IMG/VR virus record: IMGVR_UViG_3300022909_002219
Location: 1 to 37,391 of that record
Source of the DNA: a virus
Lineage: Duplodnaviria; Caudoviricetes
Strand: one strand, 5' to 3'
Length of the DNA: 37,391 bases
This document shows, piece by piece, positions 7,869 through 17,088 of this stretch. A program made the translations under genes and the position numbers. Below the pieces are notes generated by a model that saw only the letters and a program-made list of their open reading frames with translations, did not search any database and had not been told where the DNA came from. How positions within the stretch are numbered: the stretch's first letter is position 1; each line of letters begins with the position of its first letter.

Positions 7869-10328
7869 TCCCGAAAAAGCAAATCCTTGGCTTGATGTAA
7901 ATCCAAGCTTAACAGTATCATCACTACCCCATGTGATTCCTGCATCGCTCAATGAACTACTGGCTAAGTTTTTAGCAATAACAATGTTATTATCTTCAAC
8001 CTCAAGAGTTTGAGTATTGATTGTGGTTGTATTACCATTTATTGTTAAATCGCCGCCGACAGTTAAATTTCTTTGAATGCTTACGTTTCGATCATTGTAT
8101 TGAAGATCGTCTGTTCCAAGTTCCCAGTGAACATCTTTTCCGCCAAACACAGTATGAATACGATAGCTTGTTGTAGGAACAGGTTCAGAGAAAATTACAT
8201 GATATCCAGTTTCACTTATACCAGAAGTAGTATACGGAATGATTTCTCCTTCGCCATTTATTTCCAAGCTTGCTGCGATTCTAGGAACATTATCCAAGGT
8301 GCCAATTGAACTTGTCCAATTGATGGCAAATGATTCAGTTCCCTGAGGAACATTCGAGACAAAAGAATTTGGAACCTCTGTGCTGGAACTTGATCCGCCA
8401 ATTCCAAGGGTATCAGGAGAAGCTGCAATCCAAGCGCTTCCGTCCCATTTTATGATATCATTTGTTCCTCCAGCACTTGTGCCCCCAACTGAATTGAAAC
8501 GTATATCCTCAACATATGCAATACCATTAACATCAAGATCGTAAGAATTATTAGGGCTTTCAGTTCCAATACCAACCGATCCTGCGTTATAATAAATGTT
8601 TCCATCTATAGCTGCGTCATCTTCCCATTTTCCAAGATCATCAATGGTTCCAGTTAAAACATCATTACCATTTATTTTGATTCCTTGAGGACCCGAAACA
8701 TTCAAGTTTCCACTGACTATCAAATTATCAGAAAGTTTAACATCTCCGCGATCAAAGTATATGCTATTTACTCCAGTTTCCCAATAAACATCTTTACCGC
8801 CAAACGAAGTATGAAGCTTGTACCCTAATGATGGAATTTCTTTTGCGAAAACTACATGAAAACCAGTCTCACTAACTCCAGACAATACATACGGAATGAT
8901 TTCTCCATCTCCTTCAATTTCTAGCTGAGTGCAAACCGCAGGAATTTCTCCCAATTCCTGAGAAAATTCGACGGCGTGAACCGAAGAGCCTACGCTCATT
9001 TGCTGTATAAAAGATTTTGGAATTTCTCCAGTCAATAAACCTCCTGGATTATTCGCGGCGGGAGCCCAGGTTGCTCCATTCCACATTAAAATCTCTCCAT
9101 TTGTAGGAGTGCCTCCGCCAATCACACCATTAGATTCTACAACAAATTCATTGCCAACAGAAATTTTTGAGGAATCAATAGTGCCAGCATAAACATCTCC
9201 TTGAACATGAAGCTTCTCAGGGCTTGGCGTGCTTGTTCCAATTCCTACATTTCCATAATAATATATATTATTAGCTGTATCTTCAGACCATTTTCCCAAG
9301 TCTTCTACAGTTCCGGTTAAAACAGGATTTCCACCAAGAGTCAAGCTGTTTGAAAATTGCGCGTTAGTCGACTTGATCGTGCCCACCACATCAAGCTCGC
9401 TTGAAGGATTGGTTGTTGCGATACCCACATTTCCTTGATTATAATAGATTTCTCCAGCCTCAGATTCATTCTCTGTCCACTTGCCAAGTTGATCATTCGA
9501 AAGTATGCCGTCAACAACTCCACTAAGAACATCTATATCACCTGTTGCAGAGTCAACAACCGCCTCAAGAGTATCAAGATCTCCGCTGATAACATCTATA
9601 TCACCTGTTGCAGAGTCAACAACCGCCTCAAGAGTATCAAGATCTCCGCTGATAACATCAACGCTTCCAGATAAACTCTCAAAAGCTGTATCATCATCAA
9701 CCTCGGCACTTAAAAGACCACTAACGACCCCGCTGATTGTATCGATATCACCTGTTGCAGAGTCAACAACCGATTCAAGAATATCAAGATCTCCGCTGAT
9801 AACATCAATGTCAGAAGAAACATTGGAGCCTTTTACAAAAAGATTAGCTGCGATTAAAACATCACCGCCTTGTTGTATAAATATTCCACTTCCAGCAGAA
9901 TCACCAAGAGACAATCCATCAGTATCCCTTGCTCTCAATTCATCTCCCTGAAATTGCATACCATCAGAGATTCTAACATGCTCGCTAAATTCCCATGCAT
10001 CAGTAGCATTGTTCCAAAGAATTGTTTTATTGGTGGTTCCTCGCAGAGTCAAGCCCCCTCCATCTGCAGTTATATTGGTAGGATTATCAACGCTACCGAG
10101 CTCTATGTTTTTATCGTCAACAGTTATCTCGCTACTGTTTATGGTTGTCAAGGTTCCATCCACAGAAAGATTACCGCCTACTTTAACATCCCCCGTTACA
10201 TGCAAGCTTGCCTCGGGCACAGTTGTTCCAATACCAACCTTGCCACCACTAATACCAACAATAGCTTCTGTTTCTTCAACAAAGGAACCATCTCCACTTT
10301 TGATTAAATATACTTGATTTTCTGACAT
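6084..10328 (-). CDS. Long tail fibre with coiled-coil stalk, 10 GxVGI(G/A)T repeats and C-terminal S74-like chaperone
   Basis: 1414 aa. N-terminal TTINSSEITVDDKNIELG fibre motif, acidic heptad repeats, two copies of an approx. 85-aa beta domain, GNVGIGT modules and the TSDDRVKHNE chaperone. Confidence 0.85.
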   Translation of the reverse strand: MSENQVYLIKSGDGSFVEETEAIVGISGGKVGIGTTVPEASLHVTGDVKVGGNLSVDGTLTTINSSEITVDDKNIELGSVDNPTNITADGGGLTLRGTTNKTILWNNATDAWEFSEHVRISDGMQFQGDELRARDTDGLSLGDSAGSGIFIQQGGDVLIAANLFVKGSNVSSDIDVISGDLDILESVVDSATGDIDTISGVVSGLLSAEVDDDTAFESLSGSVDVISGDLDTLEAVVDSATGDIDVISGDLDTLEAVVDSATGDIDVLSGVVDGILSNDQLGKWTENESEAGEIYYNQGNVGIATTNPSSELDVVGTIKSTNAQFSNSLTLGGNPVLTGTVEDLGKWSEDTANNIYYYGNVGIGTSTPSPEKLHVQGDVYAGTIDSSKISVGNEFVVESNGVIGGGTPTNGEILMWNGATWAPAANNPGGLLTGEIPKSFIQQMSVGSSVHAVEFSQELGEIPAVCTQLEIEGDGEIIPYVLSGVSETGFHVVFAKEIPSLGYKLHTSFGGKDVYWETGVNSIYFDRGDVKLSDNLIVSGNLNVSGPQGIKINGNDVLTGTIDDLGKWEDDAAIDGNIYYNAGSVGIGTESPNNSYDLDVNGIAYVEDIRFNSVGGTSAGGTNDIIKWDGSAWIAASPDTLGIGGSSSSTEVPNSFVSNVPQGTESFAINWTSSIGTLDNVPRIAASLEINGEGEIIPYTTSGISETGYHVIFSEPVPTTSYRIHTVFGGKDVHWELGTDDLQYNDRNVSIQRNLTVGGDLTINGNTTTINTQTLEVEDNNIVIAKNLASSSLSDAGITWGSDDTVKLGFTSSQGFAFSGGNVGIGTTNPSSKLTIEGEEAVTNLMANNNNACIKIRNKSDTDGNFASLDFHNSTDFITARIGAHFKDAGDRNTSLYFATRQNGSGLAARMTIDEDGNVGIGTTSPDYKLHIAGGTPSMKLEGSQPRIWLSENDQSDLNSLIRNNGAIFQIDTVADDDSFIANRFSINHSDGHVGIGTTSPAAKLQVVGERIAGDIAKIEISPSSAGNPAGLHITNTDANFHEEAAYLKITDQSGSHKLRVQKNGNVGIGTASPSRPLEVHTNSGALYSSGTSGNLLRLRNMKEDTADSHCGIDLFAGVSTVSGNNPLARIHAVSENAVDGKCALTFQTRSTSTISEAMRIDSNGKVGIGTTNPGYPLNVQGSGDTFVGITGGTSNLVGVLFGDSDNKSIGRITYDNSIDAMHFGTDATTEIKQKRMTITSGGYVGIGTTSPLQKLDVHGNIAVNGVTVHTSDDRVKHNEQPIIGALETLSKITPKKYIKTTEMYDADHDFELDADGNPVDSNGEPVEHRIEAGIIAQQVLTVDELAFAVSPEGVDEDGTVTSPHGLDYNSLFTYAIAAIQEQQQTIEDLKSQNESQQSTIDSLVSRIKNLENK
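9528..9659. repeat. Perfect 63-bp tandem repeat (2 units; degenerate third copy 9741..9808)
   Basis: AACATCTATATCACCTGTTGCAGAGTC... at 9528 and 9591; encodes the 21-aa (3 heptad) unit DVISGDLDTLEAVVDSATGDI. Confidence 0.95.
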
Positions 10329-10377
10329 AACTTTATAAAGGGTTTATCGATTCGCGACTTCTTTCATGTTATTGATA

Positions 10378-10383
10378 TACACA
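10378..10383 (-). promoter_or_regulatory. GTGTA motif (putative phage late promoter) upstream of the fibre genes
   Basis: TGTGTATATCAATAAC-ATG in the intergenic gap; the same motif recurs at 7 other gene junctions. Confidence 0.55.
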
Positions 10384-10392
10384 ATCATCACT

Positions 10393-12354
10393 TTAACTAG
10401 AAACAAAATACCTCATGAATATTTTTTTTAGTTCATATGTATAAGCCATAAAATGAAGTATAAATGTATCATCATCAATCATTCGCGGATCAGTGTTGAA
10501 TTTATTCATAGGAAAAATCTTACGATTAAATCCAAAGCCGTCGCTTGATTTCAATATCTTACAGAGTATTTCTTGGTCACCTCCGCTTGCATACAAACTA
10601 CTTTTATCGCCCTTGAATTCCATCCATTTTTTGATTATGTTTTTTGTATAATTATGATTTCTAAAAATTAAAACTCCACTGTTGAGCATAGAATTTTTAC
10701 CCACATCCTCGCAGGCAATTATCTTTTTGGTTGAGCTGCATTTGTCAAGAATATCCTCAAAGCGCTTTTCGGAATTGTATATCACTGTATCTGAATCCAT
10801 CCACACAATATCTTCGTGATCATCAAAGTGATTGAGAATCGCTCGCGCTTTGGACCAATTTGCACTCGCATCATCTTGTAGTTTTTCGCGATAAACATAA
10901 AATGTATAACCTTGTTTTAAACAATAATCTCGCACACTCATTTCAGAACATATCGCATAATCTGCAATCTCAGGAGTATACAAACTAACAATCGCGATTT
11001 TCTTTCCAGGATTGTATGTTGTGAATTTTTCTTTTGGTACTTGTATTTGGTTTAAATGTTTACTTATGTATTTAAGGTAATCGCGGTCAACAAGATTAGA
11101 CCATTCATCTTTCAACCTTAAAAATTCTTGATGTTTTCGCGGATCAACCTCTTTCTCTTGAGGCGGCTCACTTTTCGCGACAACTATTTTTGCAATGTTT
11201 TGCTTTAATTGTTTTTTATATTCGATCCACCAAGATTGTACTTTTTTGGAATGTCCAATTATCCATTGTGAATTTTCAAGAAGTAAGTTTATATCGTTGG
11301 ATATGTTATTCCAAGATCCAGTTTCAATGAGTGGATGTTCGCCAAGTAGATTGTGCCAATAATCATCTTTTTCAACAATTGGTATTGCGCCAACTTCGAG
11401 CGCCTCATACAATCTAAAAGTATCAACGCTCGTATTGCCGCGAGGACATGGTACAAAAATTGACTCGCTCAGTATATTCTTGTACTCCTGGGTGCTCAAA
11501 GAATCTTCAGACCTCCAACCCTCAGCAATGTGAAGATGATATTCGCCATTGCATTTTTTCAATGATTCAATCATTTTTGAGCGATCACCTTGAGCATGAA
11601 CCTGACCAGCAAAACACCAAGTATATTTTTTATCAATTTTATTTTTATATTTTTTTGTATAATTAGAAGTGTCATTAAATACTTCATCATAAAAACTCCA
11701 ATCCAAATCAGTTCTTTTTTTTGTGTCTATTTTTTTTGAACTTGCCGACCCAAGTAGTGGAATTTTTAATTCGTAACCGCTAACCATATAATTTTTTCGA
11801 CCATTAAATTCGTTCTGTTTAAACATAAAGGTATCCCCAAGATGGTGTTTTATTTTTTCAGGAATTTCTATAAAATTGTTTTTGAAGAAACAAAAAAACA
11901 TGCCTGGTCCATGATTAAATAGTTTATTATAAGGAATCAATTCTCTTTTTGACGGAAATGTTTTTTTATTAAATATATGTGTCTCCGGCACGCCGTTACC
12001 ATTTATACTTCTTGGATCAATAAAAACGCAGCCCATATCTTCAGAAACATTATTTAACAAAAACTCAAAAACATCCACATCAATCACGGCATCATCATTT
12101 AAAACACAACACAATTCATTTTTACATAAATCAACCCCCATATTAACACTAGGATTAAAGTACAAACTATACTCAGGAATCACTCTTTTTAATTTTTCAA
12201 AATCATTTATCCATACAGGAGCATCCTTTTCGAGATTATCTATCAAAATAATCTCACCAACAAATTGATTTTTATTGAGCCTGTAAATTGATTCAATTAA
12301 ATAATCGTTTGCTGCCCAAACTGTCGGAATAATCAAAGACACTCTCTTGTTCAT
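10393..12354 (-). CDS. Multi-domain glycosyltransferase: GT2-like + C-terminal half of exostosin/GT47-like + GT34-like
   Basis: VSLIIPT...EIILIDN...VLNDD (GT2); YTWCFAG...SIFVPCPRGNTSVDTFRLYEALEVGAIPIV (GT47); YCLKQGYTF...WSKARAI...VWMDSD...LNSGVLIFRN...GDQ (GT34). Confidence 0.8.
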   Translation of the reverse strand: MNKRVSLIIPTVWAANDYLIESIYRLNKNQFVGEIILIDNLEKDAPVWINDFEKLKRVIPEYSLYFNPSVNMGVDLCKNELCCVLNDDAVIDVDVFEFLLNNVSEDMGCVFIDPRSINGNGVPETHIFNKKTFPSKRELIPYNKLFNHGPGMFFCFFKNNFIEIPEKIKHHLGDTFMFKQNEFNGRKNYMVSGYELKIPLLGSASSKKIDTKKRTDLDWSFYDEVFNDTSNYTKKYKNKIDKKYTWCFAGQVHAQGDRSKMIESLKKCNGEYHLHIAEGWRSEDSLSTQEYKNILSESIFVPCPRGNTSVDTFRLYEALEVGAIPIVEKDDYWHNLLGEHPLIETGSWNNISNDINLLLENSQWIIGHSKKVQSWWIEYKKQLKQNIAKIVVAKSEPPQEKEVDPRKHQEFLRLKDEWSNLVDRDYLKYISKHLNQIQVPKEKFTTYNPGKKIAIVSLYTPEIADYAICSEMSVRDYCLKQGYTFYVYREKLQDDASANWSKARAILNHFDDHEDIVWMDSDTVIYNSEKRFEDILDKCSSTKKIIACEDVGKNSMLNSGVLIFRNHNYTKNIIKKWMEFKGDKSSLYASGGDQEILCKILKSSDGFGFNRKIFPMNKFNTDPRMIDDDTFILHFMAYTYELKKIFMRYFVSS

Positions 12355-15300
12355 GTTTTAAATCCTTTCTTGTATCCCAATGGAATGAATGTTACATTAT
12401 CTGCAACAGCATCTTTTCTATAATATTGTCTAAACACATGTTTAAAGTTTTTGTAATGATCAATTTCGGCGTGACAATGTTCGTCGCTCAAATGAACCAA
12501 TATACAATTTTTATTTTTTAATTTTTCAAAATATTCTTTTTGTTTTGCGCGCAATTGATTTAGGTTTTCGCGGAATTTTTCTGGATATATATTTATGTTT
12601 TTCGCATACATATCACTATATACAATCACACTATTTTCTTCTACAATATTCATATCTTCATTGATAACCACATCAAAATCCTCAAACATCTCACATATAA
12701 AATCTTGTTCAAATAGATTATTTTGTGTGAATATTAATTTATTTTTTGTTTTTATTTTTTTGAGTTGCGGAATGTCAATATTAAATTCAACACAATCAAT
12801 ATCCTCAACGCCCGCGAACACTTTTAATTGATCACCATCTTTGAGAATCGAGCTGCAATAATATTCTGGCCTGATGTCGCCAAGCTCTCGCAAGCATACA
12901 TTTGCAATTTCACCATTCACCAAATCAAACGAAACAAAATATTTTTTATATGCCCACGAAAGTGAGCCTGGTTTTTTCTCAATACTCTGTCGCTCAGAAT
13001 GACAAATCATGGCGTAAGTATTGTCGTCAATTTGCACAGGACAAGTTGCGTTATGGATTTCTGGAGAAACACTTTTCTCTTGTTGCGAAAACTGTATCTG
13101 CTCGATTGACTCGTGCGCACAATACAACAACGGAAACATTGAATATAAACAATAATACAAACCATCATGTTTAAACATTAGCCAATTTTTTTGAATATCA
13201 TCTAATTCACCAGAAAGTGTTCTAATGTATTGTATTTTTCCTGCGCTCAAGTTTACTCGACATATTCCAGGAGACGTTTTTAATCTTAATCCCATTGGCT
13301 TTTTTTCATCCCAAGATCCATTGCCTTTCTTTTTACCCTCAAACACATCAATATTACTCAAGATTGTGCAACATGCCAAGCAAGAAAGCTCTCCATCCTT
13401 CAACTCAACTGTGTTTTCAATGAACCTGACATCTTCAATCTTCAATTTGTTTGTTCCTGCAAGATCTATCATTCTTGAAGTTCTATATGAATATTCATCA
13501 AAAACAAAATCACAATCAATTTTTTTATTACTACCCACCTGCAATTGATATCCCGCGTCACTTCTATAAAAATTTATTCTTTTTCCTGACGAAGATTTAT
13601 AATAAGCAGGACAATCTTGTGGATAAATTTCTGTTCTATACAAAACATATTTTATTCCTTCATGCTCAACAGCTGAAGGATTGATTGTAGACACATCATC
13701 TTGATAAGGCTTGCGACTCAACCCCAACTGTTCTCCCCAATGCTTGATTCCCCAGTTTTTAATTTGAGCATCAACTTCTTTTTTTACTTTTGCGTTTCCA
13801 TTTTTATTTTGAATAACTCTCCTGCCATTTAAGTCTTTTATATATTCATCGCCTCTTGAAAATTCAAGCAGTTTTATCTTCTTACCTTTGTACTCAATGA
13901 TTCCATAATTTTTATCAAAAGAAGAATATTCATCGCGATCCAAAAACATATTCAATGCGCGACCCAAAACTCCAGGCCCCGTAAAATTCAAATAGTCAAA
14001 AATAATATCTTCGGTTTTACTAGCTATCCATGCATTGTTTTGTATATTATCAACAATAATATCTATACAATTTTTCATAATCTCTGAACCGGCAACACAC
14101 CCAAACATACCATTTGTAAGCATGCTGGATCGATGCTTTCTTGCAAAATCTATTGGCGCAAAAAAATCAACGCCATCTAATATAAAATAATCAAACGAAG
14201 CAATCATCAACATATCTATATCACAATAAATTCCTCCCTGCTTATACAACACACAATATCTCCAAAGATCAGCTTTGAATGCGCCAGGTATAATTCGATC
14301 ATAACAATCCAAAACCTTTTTATCAAAATTGTTTTCAATAAAATTCCTTCTTCGCTCAGAATCAAAAAATTCATATTGATATTCGGGATTATAACTCTGG
14401 ATTCTTTCTGTCAAATATTTTAAAAAACCCTCCACATCACAGGTTTCCCATGTCTGAAATATTGTTTTGGGTATAAGGTTCTTTTTTTGTTCATTGATGG
14501 AAAACTTTTCTTCTGCAAATCTTAAATCTGATTTTCTATCTTTTTCTACATTATCATTTTCTTCATGCAATTGATAACTCATTAATGGATTTAAATGAAA
14601 CACCAATTCAGGTGCCGCGAACAATTTATTTTCATTGAAAAAGTTTTGCATAAAGTTGTCAACCGCTTGATCCATTCCAAATTGCTCAACCCACTGACAC
14701 AACAAGCTCGCGCCTTGCTTGCTTAAAATATAAGAGTTCGCATTCATATGCCAAAAATGATCGTCTTTTGTAAAATAATCATTTCTTTTTACTGTATAAA
14801 AATAATCGTTTTGTTTCCGCAATACCTTATGATACTCTGATTTATTCCATGGCTGGCAACCTCCAAGGTAAATCAAAAACGCACCTTTTGGCATATGTTC
14901 GCTGTATATTTGATTCCAAAACTTTGTGAATCCAGGCTTGAAAACTGTATCATCTTCAAGAATTAAATAGTTTTTGGCATCACGATCCATAGTCAATTTT
15001 TGCCACAACCGATAATGACTAATTGCACAACATATCTCAGCCTTAGTTCTTTTTTGCCATGTCTTTGGAAAAAGTTTTTTAACTTCGTCATTCAATTCAA
15101 CCTGATTTGCGTCGACAGCACTAAAACGTTCTGCAAAAAAAGGTAGATTAACACAAATATGATTCAATCTATCAATTCTTCGATCAAGATTGATGAAGTA
15201 ACTTTTTGATATTGCTTTTAATTTTGTATTCATTTTTTCATCCTTCTCGATCCCAATAAAATCACTTAATTCACCACTGGATCTCTCAAGAAGAAACATA

Positions 15301-16001
15301 AAATTGTGTATTTTTCCATATTTTATATTATCTTTTTGCAACTGTTTTAATAAATATTGTTCGGCGTGATAGTATTCCTGTTTTTGCTTTAACCTGGAAT
15401 ACCTTGTGCAATATGTATTTAACGCCCTCTTACTTTTTACCACGGCGAATCGATCATTGATTCCGCCGAACCATCCATAATCTATCTGCGGACAAATATA
15501 ATAATAAGGTGCAAACAATTCTTCATCTCTTGAAAAACAATCTGTATTCAATGGATGAGTATGATACAGATCACTTCTAGATAAAATAAAATAATCATAT
15601 TCATCAATACAAGACTCAATTTTATTATAAAAATATTCTAGACAATAAAGTTGCTTCAACGAATTCTTTATAGATACAAGAGAATTTCCTTCCTTCCATG
15701 CTTCCCCAAAACTCCGAATCTCCACAGCAAGCTCTTCAATTTTTTCGTTTTTACTTCTCGACTCCTGATCATAATATTTTTCTTTAAAATCAAAGTATTT
15801 TTCAATACTTTGATAATCAATATTAGAGCCCTCAAAATTTTTCTGTCTCGGGTTTAAGTAGTTGTTTTGCTTGCTTGTGACTAAAAAATAATCAACATCA
15901 AAATCCCGAAGCTTATCTCTTACATTAACACTAAAAGCAGAATATTGTTTTTCATCAAAATTCTTAACTTGTCCAAAAAATATATAAGCAATCCTAGCCA
16001 T
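12351..16001 (-). CDS. Five-module glycosyltransferase polyprotein: unassigned GT-like + GT25-like + GT32/DXD-like + beta-propeller-like + N-terminal half of GT47-like
   Basis: SYFINLDRRIDRL...EICCAISHYRLW...LILEDD (GT25); IPKTIFQTW...ADLWRYCVLYKQGGIYCDID (GT32); INPSAV...EDVRF...QKNWLMF (GH130-like propeller, tentative); LVHLSDE...VFRQYY...FIPLGY (GT47 N-half). Confidence 0.75.
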   Translation of the reverse strand: MARIAYIFFGQVKNFDEKQYSAFSVNVRDKLRDFDVDYFLVTSKQNNYLNPRQKNFEGSNIDYQSIEKYFDFKEKYYDQESRSKNEKIEELAVEIRSFGEAWKEGNSLVSIKNSLKQLYCLEYFYNKIESCIDEYDYFILSRSDLYHTHPLNTDCFSRDEELFAPYYYICPQIDYGWFGGINDRFAVVKSKRALNTYCTRYSRLKQKQEYYHAEQYLLKQLQKDNIKYGKIHNFMFLLERSSGELSDFIGIEKDEKMNTKLKAISKSYFINLDRRIDRLNHICVNLPFFAERFSAVDANQVELNDEVKKLFPKTWQKRTKAEICCAISHYRLWQKLTMDRDAKNYLILEDDTVFKPGFTKFWNQIYSEHMPKGAFLIYLGGCQPWNKSEYHKVLRKQNDYFYTVKRNDYFTKDDHFWHMNANSYILSKQGASLLCQWVEQFGMDQAVDNFMQNFFNENKLFAAPELVFHLNPLMSYQLHEENDNVEKDRKSDLRFAEEKFSINEQKKNLIPKTIFQTWETCDVEGFLKYLTERIQSYNPEYQYEFFDSERRRNFIENNFDKKVLDCYDRIIPGAFKADLWRYCVLYKQGGIYCDIDMLMIASFDYFILDGVDFFAPIDFARKHRSSMLTNGMFGCVAGSEIMKNCIDIIVDNIQNNAWIASKTEDIIFDYLNFTGPGVLGRALNMFLDRDEYSSFDKNYGIIEYKGKKIKLLEFSRGDEYIKDLNGRRVIQNKNGNAKVKKEVDAQIKNWGIKHWGEQLGLSRKPYQDDVSTINPSAVEHEGIKYVLYRTEIYPQDCPAYYKSSSGKRINFYRSDAGYQLQVGSNKKIDCDFVFDEYSYRTSRMIDLAGTNKLKIEDVRFIENTVELKDGELSCLACCTILSNIDVFEGKKKGNGSWDEKKPMGLRLKTSPGICRVNLSAGKIQYIRTLSGELDDIQKNWLMFKHDGLYYCLYSMFPLLYCAHESIEQIQFSQQEKSVSPEIHNATCPVQIDDNTYAMICHSERQSIEKKPGSLSWAYKKYFVSFDLVNGEIANVCLRELGDIRPEYYCSSILKDGDQLKVFAGVEDIDCVEFNIDIPQLKKIKTKNKLIFTQNNLFEQDFICEMFEDFDVVINEDMNIVEENSVIVYSDMYAKNINIYPEKFRENLNQLRAKQKEYFEKLKNKNCILVHLSDEHCHAEIDHYKNFKHVFRQYYRKDAVADNVTFIPLGYKKGFKT

Positions 16002-17088
16002 CCTGCAATAATCGCATATAGTTTTTTATATTGCTTTCATCGCAAGGTTTGTATTTTCTTAAGAAATTTATAGCATCTTTTTTGTATTGATCTTTTGTTG
16101 ATTCATGGTTTTCTATTGCGGCCTTCAATTGCTTGGCTCCCATTGTCACATCAAAATCAGGATAATAATAACCTAAATTTTCTAACCTAGGGGAATTATG
16201 TATCAAAGGAAGTCCTAAATATAAAACCTCAAAATGAGAATAATTCAATTCATTATACATTTGATGGCTCACCACAGTGTTTCCAAATTTACTAAGAGCA
16301 TCCAATGAACCCCATCTATTGTTAAAGAAACATTTGCTTGTTTCATCAACAATTGTAAATTTGTGCATCAGCTTTTGAAAAAATTTCTTTTCTCTAATTC
16401 TTTCGCAAGAAAATGTATTAATAGAGTCTAGCTCACCAGGAAACATTTGATTAAATTTTTCACAGATAGCCAAAGGAATAATGCAGTTTTTAAGATGAGA
16501 AATATTGGGCTCAAAAATACATATTTTATTTACATCATCTTTTCTAAATTGCGGAGACAATTTTTTCGCAGAGAGTTCTTTTATTTTACTTTCAACAAAA
16601 AATGAATCCCAAATGTACGGCGCAACATGAACATTAGATATATTATAATATGCCTTGATATATTCTTCAGCAAAAGCGTGATGAGGGGAAATCCAAACTT
16701 GAGACAAATACTTGGGCTTATCAAGAGGAACCTTCTTTTCATTCGATGAACATATTCCATAATGTATATCATCCATCAATTTATTACCAAAATGAACAAG
16801 AATAATTTTCAAATCAGGATTTCTTTTTAATAGCTTATCATACATTTCTGGCAACAAGTCAAAGCCTGCCACAATAAGTACATCTAAAATTTCATCCGCA
16901 TCACCTAGCAAGTCATTGAGCATCATACCTTGATGATCCTTGTCTAAAACATGAGCAGGTTTACTGTGAGAGATGTAAAAACATTCATTTCCAGCCTTTT
17001 TAAGCAAGCTGTACAAAAAAACAATGTTTTGCTGCATTCCATTAGCCCAAAATGCCACCGACATATCTAGAGTTATTCCAATTTTCAT
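15994..17088 (-). CDS. DUF2827-like putative glycosyltransferase
   Basis: MKIGIT...FWANGMQQNIVFL, IFEPNI...KNCIIP, VVSHQ...LNY, PLIHNS...GYYYPDFD motifs. Confidence 0.75.
   Translation of the reverse strand: MKIGITLDMSVAFWANGMQQNIVFLYSLLKKAGNECFYISHSKPAHVLDKDHQGMMLNDLLGDADEILDVLIVAGFDLLPEMYDKLLKRNPDLKIILVHFGNKLMDDIHYGICSSNEKKVPLDKPKYLSQVWISPHHAFAEEYIKAYYNISNVHVAPYIWDSFFVESKIKELSAKKLSPQFRKDDVNKICIFEPNISHLKNCIIPLAICEKFNQMFPGELDSINTFSCERIREKKFFQKLMHKFTIVDETSKCFFNNRWGSLDALSKFGNTVVSHQMYNELNYSHFEVLYLGLPLIHNSPRLENLGYYYPDFDVTMGAKQLKAAIENHESTKDQYKKDAINFLRKYKPCDESNIKNYMRLLQDG

Noticed and set aside
726-10317. Plus-strand ORFs opposite the fibre genes (e.g. 726..1142, 3604..3855, 4130..4426, 6234..6704, 9505..9951)
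   Set aside because: Antisense shadows; their mutual similarity only reflects the duplicated minus-strand blocks.
12345-12370. Programmed -1 frameshift fusing the two GT polyproteins at TTTAAAAC
   Set aside because: The run is not in slippery-heptamer phase and the -1 frame reads TAA there; the ATGA overlap is explained by translational coupling.
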